Origin: Pseudolabrys sp.
Lineage (GTDB): Bacteria > Pseudomonadota > Alphaproteobacteria > Rhizobiales > Xanthobacteraceae
Length of the DNA: 64,000 nt
Direction: 5' to 3'
Assembly: GCA_019635575.1 (NCBI GenBank)
Contig: JAHBZF010000002.1
Location: forward strand, 13,144-77,143
Shown here: positions 20,207 through 29,118 of the stretch, piece by piece
Layout of the letters: every line of letters begins with the position of its first letter
Numbering within the stretch: position 1 is the first letter of the stretch
The notes under the pieces: model-generated
What the model was told of the DNA's origin: nothing
Database searches by the model: none
Seen by the model: the letters and a program-made list of their open reading frames with translations, nothing else
Program-made: the position numbers and the translations under genes

Positions 20207-20971
20207 TCAGAAAAACGCATCCATCTCGGCGATGGAGCGCATCAGCGGCCCGTTGAGACCGCGCTCGACGGCGCCGCCCAGCAGATTCTTGGCGGTGGTG
20301 CGGACGTCGCGCGCCAGCGCGCGCTGCACGACGCTGGGTTTGCCGTCGCGCAGGCCGGCGAGAATTTCGGTATGCGCCGACGCATCCCACGGCATCGACG
20401 GCGACAACAGCGAGAAATACATGGTCGGGCCGCACTGCAGCCAGAGCGACTCGATCAGCGGCATCAGGGTTTCGGATTCCGACGCCTGATACAGCGTGAA
20501 GTGAAACTTCTGATTGGTGGTGAGGCAGCCGAGAATATCGCGCTTGGCGATCGCATTGATCAGTTCGCGATTGGTGGCTTCGAGCCGCGCGATCAGATCG
20601 GGCGTTACCCGCTCGCAGGCCATCTTGGCGGCAAGCCCCTCGAGCATCTCGCGGATCTGAAACAGCTCGGCGAGGCGGCTGTCGGACAGCCGCGGGACGC
20701 GCACCGAGCGGTTTGGCATTTCTTCCAGCGCATTGGCGGTAACAAGATAGGTCAGCGCTTCGCGCACCGGCATCGGACTGGTGCCGAGGCTGGCGGCGAC
20801 CTTGCGCAGGCTCATCACCTGGCCGGGAACGAAAGCCCCGACCATCAGGCCCGTCCGCAACCGGCGCAGAACCTGATCCTGGACCCCGCCGCGGCGGGAT
20901 TTGGCCCGGTTTGTGCTAGCCCGGTTGGGGCCAGTGGGTGTCGCGCGACGTGGCACTGCTGGTGTCGGCAT
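20207..20971 (-). CDS. GntR family transcriptional regulator (FadR/FCD subfamily)
   Basis: wHTH SLRKVAASLGTSPMPVREAL and FCD features (IREMLEG, NQKFHFTLY, HTEILAGL). Start uncertain (20971 or 21019). Confidence 0.92.
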   Translation of the reverse strand: MPTPAVPRRATPTGPNRASTNRAKSRRGGVQDQVLRRLRTGLMVGAFVPGQVMSLRKVAASLGTSPMPVREALTYLVTANALEEMPNRSVRVPRLSDSRLAELFQIREMLEGLAAKMACERVTPDLIARLEATNRELINAIAKRDILGCLTTNQKFHFTLYQASESETLMPLIESLWLQCGPTMYFSLLSPSMPWDASAHTEILAGLRDGKPSVVQRALARDVRTTAKNLLGGAVERGLNGPLMRSIAEMDAFF

Positions 20972-21021
20972 GGGATCGTATCCGTGGGTGCGACATTCTT
21001 CGCCCCGCATCGGGGGCATAC

Positions 21022-21059
21022 TTGACAGCCCGAAATTGTGATCACACTATGTGATCATT
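21022..21059 (+). promoter_or_regulatory. Sigma70-type promoter with tandem operator (site 3), divergent from gntR
   Basis: TTGACA(21022-27)-N17-CACTAT(21045-50). TGTGATCACA at 21037-21046 and TGTGATCATT at 21050-21059. Confidence 0.8.
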
Positions 21060-21148
21060 CTACTCGATGCAATACGCGCAAGACGTGCCGAGTTCTGGTG
21101 CATGGTGTCTTGAGACCATGGTGTTTCAGGGTTCACAGGGAGGATGGA

Positions 21149-22144
21149 ATGCTGCTCGGTGATATCACAAAGAAGCTGGGATTGTTGTGCGGAGCCATGA
21201 CCATGGTGATCGCCGGGGGCATGAGTGCCCATGCCGACGATCAGGTCAATGTCCGCTTTAGCTGGAAGCTCAAGGGCGAATACGCCCCGCTCTATGTCGC
21301 GCAGGACAAGGGCTATTTCACACAAAACAAGTTGTCGGTGCGGCTCGGCGAAGGCGCCGGCGCTCCGGCGGCGCTGGGCGCGCTGCTCCAGGGCCAGGAA
21401 GACGCGGTGGTGCTCCCCGGCATTTTCGCCGTGTCGGCGATCCAGAAGGGAATGCCGATCAAGCTGATCGCGGTCTATCACCCCAAGACTCCGGTGGTGA
21501 TCATTTCGCATCCCGACAAGCCGATCAAGACGCCGAAGGACATCGAAGGAAAGTCGATCGCCGTCTCCGTCGGTGAAACCGGCACGACCTATCTGTCCAC
21601 TTTTGCGGCACAGAACGGCGTCGATTTCAGCAAGATCAAGCGCGTGCAGGTCGATGCGCAGTCCCGCGTCGCCTACTTCCTCCAGAAGCAGGTCGATCTC
21701 GTCACGGTCTATCGCAGCAACGACCTTCCCGCGCTGGAAGAAAAGGTCGGGACCAACTTCCCGATGGTCGACATGGCGCAATACGGCCTGGTGATCCCCG
21801 GTCTGGCCATCGTCAGCAGCGACGCGATCATCGCCAAGAAGGGCGACGCGCTGAAGCGGTTCCTTGCCGCCATCGACAAGGGCATCACGTACACCAAGGG
21901 CGACGTCAAAGGCGCATCGGAAATCCTGCTGAAGTCCTGGCCGGCCGGCCCTTCGCTGAAGGTCGTCGAGGGCCAGGTGAAGGCGACGATCGATGCCATG
22001 GAGAAGTCGGCTGGTCACCCGGTCGGCTGGACCGACGACAAGCTGATCGAAGCAACTCTCACGCTGCTCAAGAGCGACGAGAATATCGGCACGCCGAAAC
22101 CGACCAAGACCTTCTTCACCAACGATCTGCTGCCGAAACAATAA
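21149..22144 (+). CDS. NMT1/THI5-like ABC substrate-binding protein
   Basis: Signal peptide, VRFSWKLKGEYAPLYVAQDKGYF, TPKDIEGK, FFTNDLL. GGGAGG RBS. Confidence 0.88.
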   Translation: MLLGDITKKLGLLCGAMTMVIAGGMSAHADDQVNVRFSWKLKGEYAPLYVAQDKGYFTQNKLSVRLGEGAGAPAALGALLQGQEDAVVLPGIFAVSAIQKGMPIKLIAVYHPKTPVVIISHPDKPIKTPKDIEGKSIAVSVGETGTTYLSTFAAQNGVDFSKIKRVQVDAQSRVAYFLQKQVDLVTVYRSNDLPALEEKVGTNFPMVDMAQYGLVIPGLAIVSSDAIIAKKGDALKRFLAAIDKGITYTKGDVKGASEILLKSWPAGPSLKVVEGQVKATIDAMEKSAGHPVGWTDDKLIEATLTLLKSDENIGTPKPTKTFFTNDLLPKQ

Positions 22145-22186
22145 CAACAGCCGGCAAACCGGGTTCAATCAGGGAGGAAAGCAAAA

Positions 22187-22963
22187 ATGGCCAAAAGAAG
22201 CGCATGGCGGGAATCCCTGGTTGAAACCCTTGCGGCCCCGGTGATGGCGATCGCGATCATCGTCATCTGGCAGGTGTCGGTTCCGCTGCTCGGCCTGTCC
22301 GAGTTCGTGTTGCCGACACCGTCGCTGATCGCCAAGCGGCTGGTGACCGACTTCCATCTGCTGGCGACCAATTCGGTCTACACCCTGTTTGAAGTGGTGG
22401 CCGGCTTCGGCCTCGGCGTCATCGTCGGAATTCCGCTGGCACTCGCTATCTTCTACTGGCGTCCGTTCGAGCGCGCGATGTATCCCATGCTGGTTGCGCT
22501 CCAGACCATTCCGAAGATCGCGCTCGCGCCGCTGCTCGTTCTTTATCTCGGCTACGGCTGGGGACCGAAGATCGCACTGGCGTTCCTGATCTCGTTCTTC
22601 CCCATCGTCATCTCGACCGTCGTCGGCTTGCAATCGCTGGACAAGGGACTGGTCAATCTCGTCCGCTCGATGGGCTCCAGCGAATGGCAGACGTTCATCA
22701 AGGTCCGCCTGCCTGCGGCATTGCCGAGCGTGTTCGGCGGCTTCAAGGTGGCGATCAGCCTTGCCGTGATCGGCGCCATCATCGGCGAATATGTCGCCGC
22801 GGAAAAGGGCCTCGGCTATCTGCAGCTCCAGGCCAACGCCCGGTTCGACACGGCGCTGAACTTCGCGACGGTGGTCGTGATCTCGGTACTGGGTGTCGCC
22901 CTCTATTTCATTCTGAGCCTGATCGAAAGCCGCTTCGTGTTCCAGCGCGAACTCGCCAAATAG
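22187..22963 (+). CDS. ABC transporter permease (TauC/SsuC family)
   Basis: VLPTPS, IPKIALAPL, AVIGAIIGEY...GLG. Confidence 0.92.
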   Translation: MAKRSAWRESLVETLAAPVMAIAIIVIWQVSVPLLGLSEFVLPTPSLIAKRLVTDFHLLATNSVYTLFEVVAGFGLGVIVGIPLALAIFYWRPFERAMYPMLVALQTIPKIALAPLLVLYLGYGWGPKIALAFLISFFPIVISTVVGLQSLDKGLVNLVRSMGSSEWQTFIKVRLPAALPSVFGGFKVAISLAVIGAIIGEYVAAEKGLGYLQLQANARFDTALNFATVVVISVLGVALYFILSLIESRFVFQRELAK

Positions 22964-23043
22964 GTTCTTCGCGACAATCCACGAGGCAGACTGGCTCACG
23001 TGCCTGACATCTCCTGACGTCTCGCTGACAAAGGCATCATCGT

Positions 23044-23859
23044 ATGAATGCGATTTCTTCTGACTTGCGGACCCAGACCGGTGCGGCCGTCAAGATCAGC
23101 AATGTGTCGAAAACCTACGAAACGCGCGGTAAGGACGACGTCCACGCGCTCGACCGGGTTGATATCGACATCGCGCCCGGCAGCTTCGTGGCCGTGGTCG
23201 GCCCGTCGGGCTGCGGCAAGAGCACGCTGCTGTCGCTGATGGCCGGCCTCGTTCCGCTCTCCACCGGAGAAATTCTCATCGACGGTCAGGCGATCCGAAA
23301 GCCGCATCCGAAAGTCGGCGTCGTATTCCAGACCGACCTGATGCTGTACTGGCGCACGGTTCTCGACAACGTGCTGTTGCCGATCGAGATCAAGCACCAG
23401 AACCGCGCGCGCGCCAAGGAAACCGCGAAGGCGCTGCTGGACCAGGTTGGTCTCAAGGGTTTCGAGAACAAAATGCCGTCCGAACTGTCCGGCGGCATGC
23501 GCCAGCGCGTCGCGATTTGCCGCGCGCTGATTCAGGAGCCGGGCCTGCTGCTGATGGATGAGCCGTTCGGCGCACTCGACGCCCTCACCCGCGAGCAGAT
23601 GATCATGGACCTGCAGGCGATGTGGGGCCGCGTGCGCAACACGGTGCTGTTCATCACCCACGGCATCGACGAAGCCGTGTTCCTTGCCGACCGCGTGCTG
23701 GTGATGTCGCCGCGTCCGGGCCGCATCGATCTCGATCTGACCATCGATCTGCCGCGTCCCCGGCAATGGACCGGCATCCACGAGAACAAGAGCTTCCAGC
23801 ACTATGTGCGGCAGATCCGCGAGACCTTCGAGGCAAAGGGCGTGCTCGTCGAGCACTGA
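23044..23859 (+). CDS. ABC transporter ATP-binding protein (TauB/SsuB family)
   Basis: GPSGCGKST, LSGGMRQR, LMDEPF, ITHG. Confidence 0.94.
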   Translation: MNAISSDLRTQTGAAVKISNVSKTYETRGKDDVHALDRVDIDIAPGSFVAVVGPSGCGKSTLLSLMAGLVPLSTGEILIDGQAIRKPHPKVGVVFQTDLMLYWRTVLDNVLLPIEIKHQNRARAKETAKALLDQVGLKGFENKMPSELSGGMRQRVAICRALIQEPGLLLMDEPFGALDALTREQMIMDLQAMWGRVRNTVLFITHGIDEAVFLADRVLVMSPRPGRIDLDLTIDLPRPRQWTGIHENKSFQHYVRQIRETFEAKGVLVEH

Positions 23860-23866
23860 GTAACGC

Positions 23867-24955
23867 ATGAAAATCGCAGTTATCGGCGGTGGCGCCGGCG
23901 GCGCCGCTGCGGTTGCCGAGCTGTCGAAAGCCGGCCACGACGTTTCATTCTGGAGTCGCTCGGCCGATACGCTCGCGCCGTTTCAGGCACTGGGCGGTAT
24001 TGCTTATGACGGTGTGCTTGGCGAAGGCGTCGCGCATCCCCGGTTGATGACATCCGATCTCGCGGCAGCCATCGCCGGCGTCGATGTCGCGGCGGTCGTG
24101 CTGCCGACATTGTCGCACGCCTCCGTCGCGCGCGAACTGGCAAAAGCCGGCTGGCCGAAAGACAAGCCGGTGCTGCTCAATCCGGGTCACACCGGCGGCG
24201 CACTGGAATTCGCCCATGCTTTCGCCGGCGTGAACCCCGCGGTTCCGCCGATCGTCGAATTCTCGACGCTCACTTATGTGGCGCGCAAATACAGCGCCGA
24301 CAAAGTGACGGTGACGGGCCGCGCCAAGCAGGTTCGCGCGGCGGCGATGCCGGGCGCGGAGCAGGCGCTGGAGATCGCGGCCAAGCTGTTCCCCGGCGCC
24401 ACGCCGGTCGGCAATGTGCTGATGAGCAGCCTTGCCAACGCCAACCTTGTGCTGCATCCGCCTGGCGCGATCCTCGCGGCCGCCTGGGTCGAGGCACGCG
24501 AAGGCGACTTCACGTTCTATGTCGATGCCATGACGCCGGGCGTCGCCCGCGTGATGCGCCAGCTCGACGACGAGCGGCGCGCCGTCGCCGAGGCGTTCGG
24601 CTTCACGCTGCCGAACATCGTCGACGAGATGAAACTGATCGGCACCGTCGAGGCCGGCATCAAGGATAGCAACGATCTGGTCGCGGCAATCGCCGGTGGC
24701 GAAGCCAACAAGCGCATCAAGGGCCCGAACTCCCTGCAGCATCGCTATTACCGCGAGGATTTCGGCCACGGCCTGCTGCCGTTCCTCGATCTCGCGCGGA
24801 TCGCCGGGGTCAAGGTACCGATCGCCTCCGCGCTGTTCGATCTGGCCGGCTCGCTGTGCGGCGTCGATTTCCGGCCGAGCGGCCGCACCGCGGAGTCCAT
24901 GGGGATCGTCGGCCTCACCAAATCGCAGCTTCTGAAGAAGGTCACGGGTCAATGA
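23867..24955 (+). CDS. NAD/NADP octopine/nopaline (opine) dehydrogenase family protein
   Basis: MKIAVIGGGAGG Rossmann motif, LNPGHTGGALEF, STLTYVAR, NANLVLHP, FTFY, LDDERRAVA, HRYYRED..HGL. Confidence 0.9.
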   Translation: MKIAVIGGGAGGAAAVAELSKAGHDVSFWSRSADTLAPFQALGGIAYDGVLGEGVAHPRLMTSDLAAAIAGVDVAAVVLPTLSHASVARELAKAGWPKDKPVLLNPGHTGGALEFAHAFAGVNPAVPPIVEFSTLTYVARKYSADKVTVTGRAKQVRAAAMPGAEQALEIAAKLFPGATPVGNVLMSSLANANLVLHPPGAILAAAWVEAREGDFTFYVDAMTPGVARVMRQLDDERRAVAEAFGFTLPNIVDEMKLIGTVEAGIKDSNDLVAAIAGGEANKRIKGPNSLQHRYYREDFGHGLLPFLDLARIAGVKVPIASALFDLAGSLCGVDFRPSGRTAESMGIVGLTKSQLLKKVTGQ

Positions 24956-25842
24956 GCTGGCAGGGTCTCAACATCGCGATTGTCGGCGGCGACCGGCGCG
25001 AGCAGGAAATCGCCCGCTGCGCGGTTGCAGCCGGCGCCACCGTCCGCGCTTACGGCTTTCCGTGGCCCGAGGGCGGCATTCCCGGCGTCGAGCACGCGGC
25101 CAGCGCAGCGGCGGCCTTGCGCGATGCGGACTTCGCGCTCTTCCCCATTCCGGGCATCGCCGCCGATGGCGCGCTGTTCGCGCCGGCGGTGCAGGAGCGG
25201 ATCATTCCGGACCGCGCGATGCTCGAAGGCATGCGCAAGCCGGGGCACATCATCCTCGGCTGGGCCGACAAGAACCTGAAAAGCCATTGCGATGCGCTCG
25301 GCATCTCGATCCATGAATATGAGTGGGACGACGACCTGATGTTCTTGCGCGGGCAAGCCATCGTCGAGGGCATGCTCAAGATCATCATCGAGAATACCGA
25401 CATCACCATCCACCGCGCCAAGATCGTCCTGGTCGGTCAGGGCACGATCGGCTCCTTGGTGACGCGGACGCTCTATGCGCTCGGCGCGCGCCTGCATGCC
25501 GTCGCGCGCAATCCGGTGCAGCGCGCCATGGCCTATGCTGCCGGCGCCGAGACTCACGAACTGACCGCGCTTGGCGAGGCTCTGCCTGGCGCCGATATCG
25601 TCATTTCCAGCGTGCCGGCGCAGATCGTCACCCGCGCGCATCTGGAGAAACTGCCGAAACATGCGCTGCTGGTCGATCTGGCAGCGCCGCCCGGCGGCAT
25701 CGACCGCGACGCGGCGGCCGATCTCGGCTTGAAATTCGTCTGGGCGCGGGGCCTCGGCAGCCGCGCGCCGATCACCGTCGGCCGCAGCCAGTGGGTTGGC
25801 ATCAGCCGCCGGATCGAAGAGTTGATGGAGAAACGGAAATGA
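24952..25842 (+). CDS. dpaA: Dipicolinate synthase subunit A (DpaA/SpoVFA) homologue
   Basis: IAIVGGDRREQEI, IVEG..IIIENTDITIH, VGQGTIG, LGA..HAVARN, DLAAPPGGID, GLGSRAPITVG follow the motif order I recall for Bacillus SpoVFA. 296 aa. Confidence 0.85.
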   Translation: MSWQGLNIAIVGGDRREQEIARCAVAAGATVRAYGFPWPEGGIPGVEHAASAAAALRDADFALFPIPGIAADGALFAPAVQERIIPDRAMLEGMRKPGHIILGWADKNLKSHCDALGISIHEYEWDDDLMFLRGQAIVEGMLKIIIENTDITIHRAKIVLVGQGTIGSLVTRTLYALGARLHAVARNPVQRAMAYAAGAETHELTALGEALPGADIVISSVPAQIVTRAHLEKLPKHALLVDLAAPPGGIDRDAAADLGLKFVWARGLGSRAPITVGRSQWVGISRRIEELMEKRK

Positions 25843-27185
25843 AAGCGGATCTGGTCGTTCGTAACGCGCGCGTCGTTCTCCATGACGGCGAATTCCATGG
25901 CGGACTCGCGGTCAAGGACGGCGTGGTCGTCGCGATCGGCGCCGACAGCGCGCTGCCGCAGGGCACCCGCGAGATCGACGCCAAGGGCAAGGTGCTGATG
26001 CCGGGCGTGATCGACCCGCATTGCCATCTCGGCGTGAAATATCCCTTTCCCGAGGACATGCGCACGGAAACCGCCGCCGCCGCGTCTGGCGGCGTCACCA
26101 CCGCGCTCCTCTATATCCGCAATCTCAAGCCGTCCTATCTGCCGTTCTATGCGGAACGCAAGGAGCTCGGCGAGCAGAACTCGCTGATCGATTTCGGATT
26201 CCATTTCGGCATCCAGCGCGAAGAGCACATCGCGGAAATCCCGGAGATCGTCGCCAAGACCGGCGTGCGCTCCTTCAAGTGCTATTTCGGCTACGAGCCG
26301 GACAATCCGATCGGCATCGTGCCGGCCACCGACGGCTGGGTCTATGCGGCGATGCGCATCCTCAGCAAGATCCCCAATGCGGTGATCAACGTCCACTGCG
26401 AGAACACGCAGATCGCCACCTGGCTCAAGACCGAGATGAAGGCGACCGGCCGGCAGGACCTCGGCGCCTATACGGAATCGCGGCCCTCGTTCTGCGAGGT
26501 CGAGACCATCCGCCGCATGATCTTCCTCGCCGAGCGCACCGGCTGCCCGCTGCATCTCGTGCACACCTCCGTCGGCATGGGTCCGGTGCTCGCCGCCGAG
26601 GCGCAGGGCCGCGGCCTCAACGTCACCGTCGAGACCTGCCCGCACTATCTCACCCGCACCTGCTACGATTCCGATCTCGACATGACGGCGAAGATTTCGC
26701 CGCCGCTGCGCCCGAAAGAAGACCAGGATGGTCTGTGGCAGGGCATTCTCAACGGCTCGGTCTACAGCCTCGGCACCGACCATGTGCCGTTCTTCCCGAA
26801 GAAGGGCGAAGACCTGTGGAACGAGCTGCCCGGCGTCGTCAGCTTCCCGTGGGAGCTGTCGCTGCTGCTGCATTTCGGCGTGCATCAACGCGGCATGTCG
26901 CTGAGCCGCCTCGTCGAGCTGAACTCCTACAATCCGGCGCGGCGCTTCGGCCTCGCACCGAAGAAGGGGACGCTGCGCACCGGCGCCGACGCGGACTTCA
27001 TCCTGGTCGACCTCGACATGGAAAAGACCGTCGAGCACACCGGCAAGGGCACCTGCATCTATACCGGCTGGAAGCTCAAGGGCTGGCCGGTGCTCACCGT
27101 GTCGCGCGGCACCGTGCTGATGGAAGACGGACACGTCGATGAAAGCGGCTTCGGCCGTGGCCGTTGCGTCACCGTGCCTGCGTAG
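25839..27185 (+). CDS. Cyclic amidohydrolase (dihydropyrimidinase/allantoinase/dihydroorotase family)
   Basis: PGVIDPHCH, AAASGGVTT, SFKCY (carboxylated Lys), VHCEN, LVHTS, ETCPHYL, KISPPLR, GTDH. Confidence 0.93.
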   Translation: MKADLVVRNARVVLHDGEFHGGLAVKDGVVVAIGADSALPQGTREIDAKGKVLMPGVIDPHCHLGVKYPFPEDMRTETAAAASGGVTTALLYIRNLKPSYLPFYAERKELGEQNSLIDFGFHFGIQREEHIAEIPEIVAKTGVRSFKCYFGYEPDNPIGIVPATDGWVYAAMRILSKIPNAVINVHCENTQIATWLKTEMKATGRQDLGAYTESRPSFCEVETIRRMIFLAERTGCPLHLVHTSVGMGPVLAAEAQGRGLNVTVETCPHYLTRTCYDSDLDMTAKISPPLRPKEDQDGLWQGILNGSVYSLGTDHVPFFPKKGEDLWNELPGVVSFPWELSLLLHFGVHQRGMSLSRLVELNSYNPARRFGLAPKKGTLRTGADADFILVDLDMEKTVEHTGKGTCIYTGWKLKGWPVLTVSRGTVLMEDGHVDESGFGRGRCVTVPA

Positions 27186-27195
27186 AGATACGTCG

Positions 27196-27852
27196 ATGCC
27201 GCCGCTCGCCACCGGAGACACAGGGACCGGCCGTTTCGGCGCCGCCCTTCCGGATGCGCTGGTACGGCGGGCACAGGACGCCGTCGCACGGCTGCTGACG
27301 ATGCAGCCGGCGCCGCGCCGCGAACGGCTGTCCGGCATCCATAATCCGTGGGGCTTCGCCGCCGGGCTGACCGATCCGTGGAGCTTCCTCGATGTGTGCG
27401 AAAGCGACTTTGTCGTGGATGCGATCGAGCGCGTGATCGGCTCTGATATCGTGTTGTGGGACAGCGAACTGTATCTGCGTGCGCGTGATTATCGCGCCTT
27501 TGTCGCGGACGGCCGCGAGGGCCGCTATTGGCCGGCCGAGCCGCTGGCCGGCGCGGTAGCGCTGGTCACGCTCGGCGCCTCCCCGGCCCTGCATGTTTTC
27601 GATGTCCGGGAGCGCGCCGCGCTTCCGGCCGATATCGCCGACGACGAGCCGCTTTATGTGATCCGCACGATGCCGGCCGCCAGCAGGTTCAGTCGCAATG
27701 CGACGATGCCTGCCAATCGCGCCGCGATGCAGGAACAATTGCTGATCAACTACACCACACGGCCGCTCTGGCTGCTGCGCGGCGAGGACCGCGCGGGCAA
27801 TGATTTCGTCACCGGGTTCGCCAGCGATCCTCCGCGCTGGGCATCCCGTTAA
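27196..27852 (+). CDS. Degenerate phytanoyl-CoA dioxygenase (PhyH)-like hypothetical protein
   Basis: FLDVC...VVDAIERVIGSDIVLW, YWPAEPL, IRTMPA.SRF.R and RPLWLLRGEDRAGNDF resemble a PhyH subfamily, but the HxD...H triad is absent. Confidence 0.6.
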   Translation: MPPLATGDTGTGRFGAALPDALVRRAQDAVARLLTMQPAPRRERLSGIHNPWGFAAGLTDPWSFLDVCESDFVVDAIERVIGSDIVLWDSELYLRARDYRAFVADGREGRYWPAEPLAGAVALVTLGASPALHVFDVRERAALPADIADDEPLYVIRTMPAASRFSRNATMPANRAAMQEQLLINYTTRPLWLLRGEDRAGNDFVTGFASDPPRWASR

Positions 27853-27864
27853 CAGGAGAGAACA

Positions 27865-28059
27865 ATGCCATTCGTCATCGTCGAAATGTGGGAAGGCCGG
27901 ACGGTCGAGCAGAAGCGCAAGCTTGTGCGCGCCATCACCGACGCCATGGTCGAGCACGCCGACGCCAAGCCGGACCACCTGCATGTGGTGATCCATGACG
28001 TGCCGAAGGATAGCTGGGGACGCGCGGGCGTTCTGGGCATCGATAAGGAAGGACACTAA
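27865..28059 (+). CDS. 4-oxalocrotonate tautomerase family protein
   Basis: 64 aa, catalytic Pro-1 (MPF), EGRTVEQKRKL, W-G..G. AGGAGA RBS. Confidence 0.95.
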   Translation: MPFVIVEMWEGRTVEQKRKLVRAITDAMVEHADAKPDHLHVVIHDVPKDSWGRAGVLGIDKEGH

Positions 28060-29049
28060 ATGTCGCTCGAAGCCGTCGATCTGAAGACGTCCGCGCTGCT
28101 GGTCATCGACATGCAGAACGCCTTTGTCCATGACAAAGGCACGCTCGGCATTTCCGGCGTGGACACGAAGCGCCTCTCGGCCATCACCCCGAACGTGAAG
28201 CGCCTGGTGGAGAACTGCCACAAGGCCAATATCCCGGTGATCTGGACCATCCAGGAACATTTCGCCGTCGATGCGAGCCGCGCCCGCAAGAAGCTCGCCG
28301 GTCACACCTCGCGGCGCAAGCAGGTGTCGGCGCTGGCCGGAACCTGGGACGAGGAGATCGTCGACGAGCTGAAGACGCTGGCGGCAAAGGATCCGTCGCT
28401 GGTGCTGCGCAAGCACCGCTTCGGCGCGTTCTACGAGACGCGGCTCGACATGCTGCTGCGCATGCTCGGCACCCGCACGCTGTTCGTGACCGGCACCACT
28501 ACCAATGCCTGCGTCGAGACCAGCATCCGCGAAGCCTATCTGCGCGATTTCGACGTGGTCGCGGTCACGGACTGCATCTCCGGCGTCAATTCCGATTGGG
28601 AGCAGACGGCGCAGAAGGTCTGGAAACAGTATTTTTGCGAACTCTCCGACACCAAGGAGATCGAAGGCTGGATCGCCGACCAGTCGGCGCCGCGTACGCT
28701 GCAATACGGCCACATGCTGATGATGGTCGAGAACATGCAGACGTCGATCTCATTCTATGTCGATCAGCTCGGCTTCAAGATCCGCCCGGCGAAGCCGCTG
28801 CAGGATGGACGCGCCTTCACCGCGTTCCATCAGGGCATCGCGCTGGTGGAAGGGCGCAAGTCCGATCACCGGCAGATCGATCACATGGCGTTCGAGGTCA
28901 ATGACGTGCGCAAGCTGCGCGACAAACTGCAGAAGAACGGCATCAAGTTCTTCCAGGACCTGCATGACGGCCCTTATGGTCTGACGGTCTATGTGGCCGA
29001 TCCCGACGGCCTCAAGGTCGAACTCTACGAGGTCGGCGCCAAAGCCTAA
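28060..29049 (+). CDS. Isochorismatase-family cysteine hydrolase fused to a C-terminal VOC/glyoxalase domain
   Basis: VIDMQN, RKHRFGAF, TTTNACVETSIR (D-K-C triad). C-terminal GHMLMMV..FY..LGF, IDHMAFEV, DPDGLKVEL. Confidence 0.92.
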   Translation: MSLEAVDLKTSALLVIDMQNAFVHDKGTLGISGVDTKRLSAITPNVKRLVENCHKANIPVIWTIQEHFAVDASRARKKLAGHTSRRKQVSALAGTWDEEIVDELKTLAAKDPSLVLRKHRFGAFYETRLDMLLRMLGTRTLFVTGTTTNACVETSIREAYLRDFDVVAVTDCISGVNSDWEQTAQKVWKQYFCELSDTKEIEGWIADQSAPRTLQYGHMLMMVENMQTSISFYVDQLGFKIRPAKPLQDGRAFTAFHQGIALVEGRKSDHRQIDHMAFEVNDVRKLRDKLQKNGIKFFQDLHDGPYGLTVYVADPDGLKVELYEVGAKA

Positions 29050-29078
29050 AGCCCGACACACCACGATCCGGTTCACGC

Positions 29079-29112
29079 AAAAGCGCCGTCCTCGTTTTCA
29101 CGGGGACGGCGC
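29079..29112 (-). terminator. Rho-independent terminator between convergent operons
   Basis: AAAA-GCGCCGTCCTCGT-TTTC-ACGGGGACGGCGC, which gives a U-tract on the minus strand. Confidence 0.65.
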
Positions 29113-29118
29113 GATGAT

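Noticed and set aside
21060-21148. TPP or other riboswitch upstream of the THI5-like transporter genes
   Set aside because: The leaders are short, I found no TPP-riboswitch consensus, and protein-operator motifs explain the regulation.
23867-24955. Staphylopine/pseudopaline-type metallophore biosynthesis (opine dehydrogenase plus CobW plus Dpp-like importer)
   Set aside because: No nicotianamine-synthase-like gene, exporter or Fur/Zur-like box was recognised, and the Dpp system is about 25 kb away in another unit.
24952-25842. Evidence of sporulation or dipicolinate production
   Set aside because: No dpaB/spoVFB or other sporulation genes are present, and the context is catabolic.
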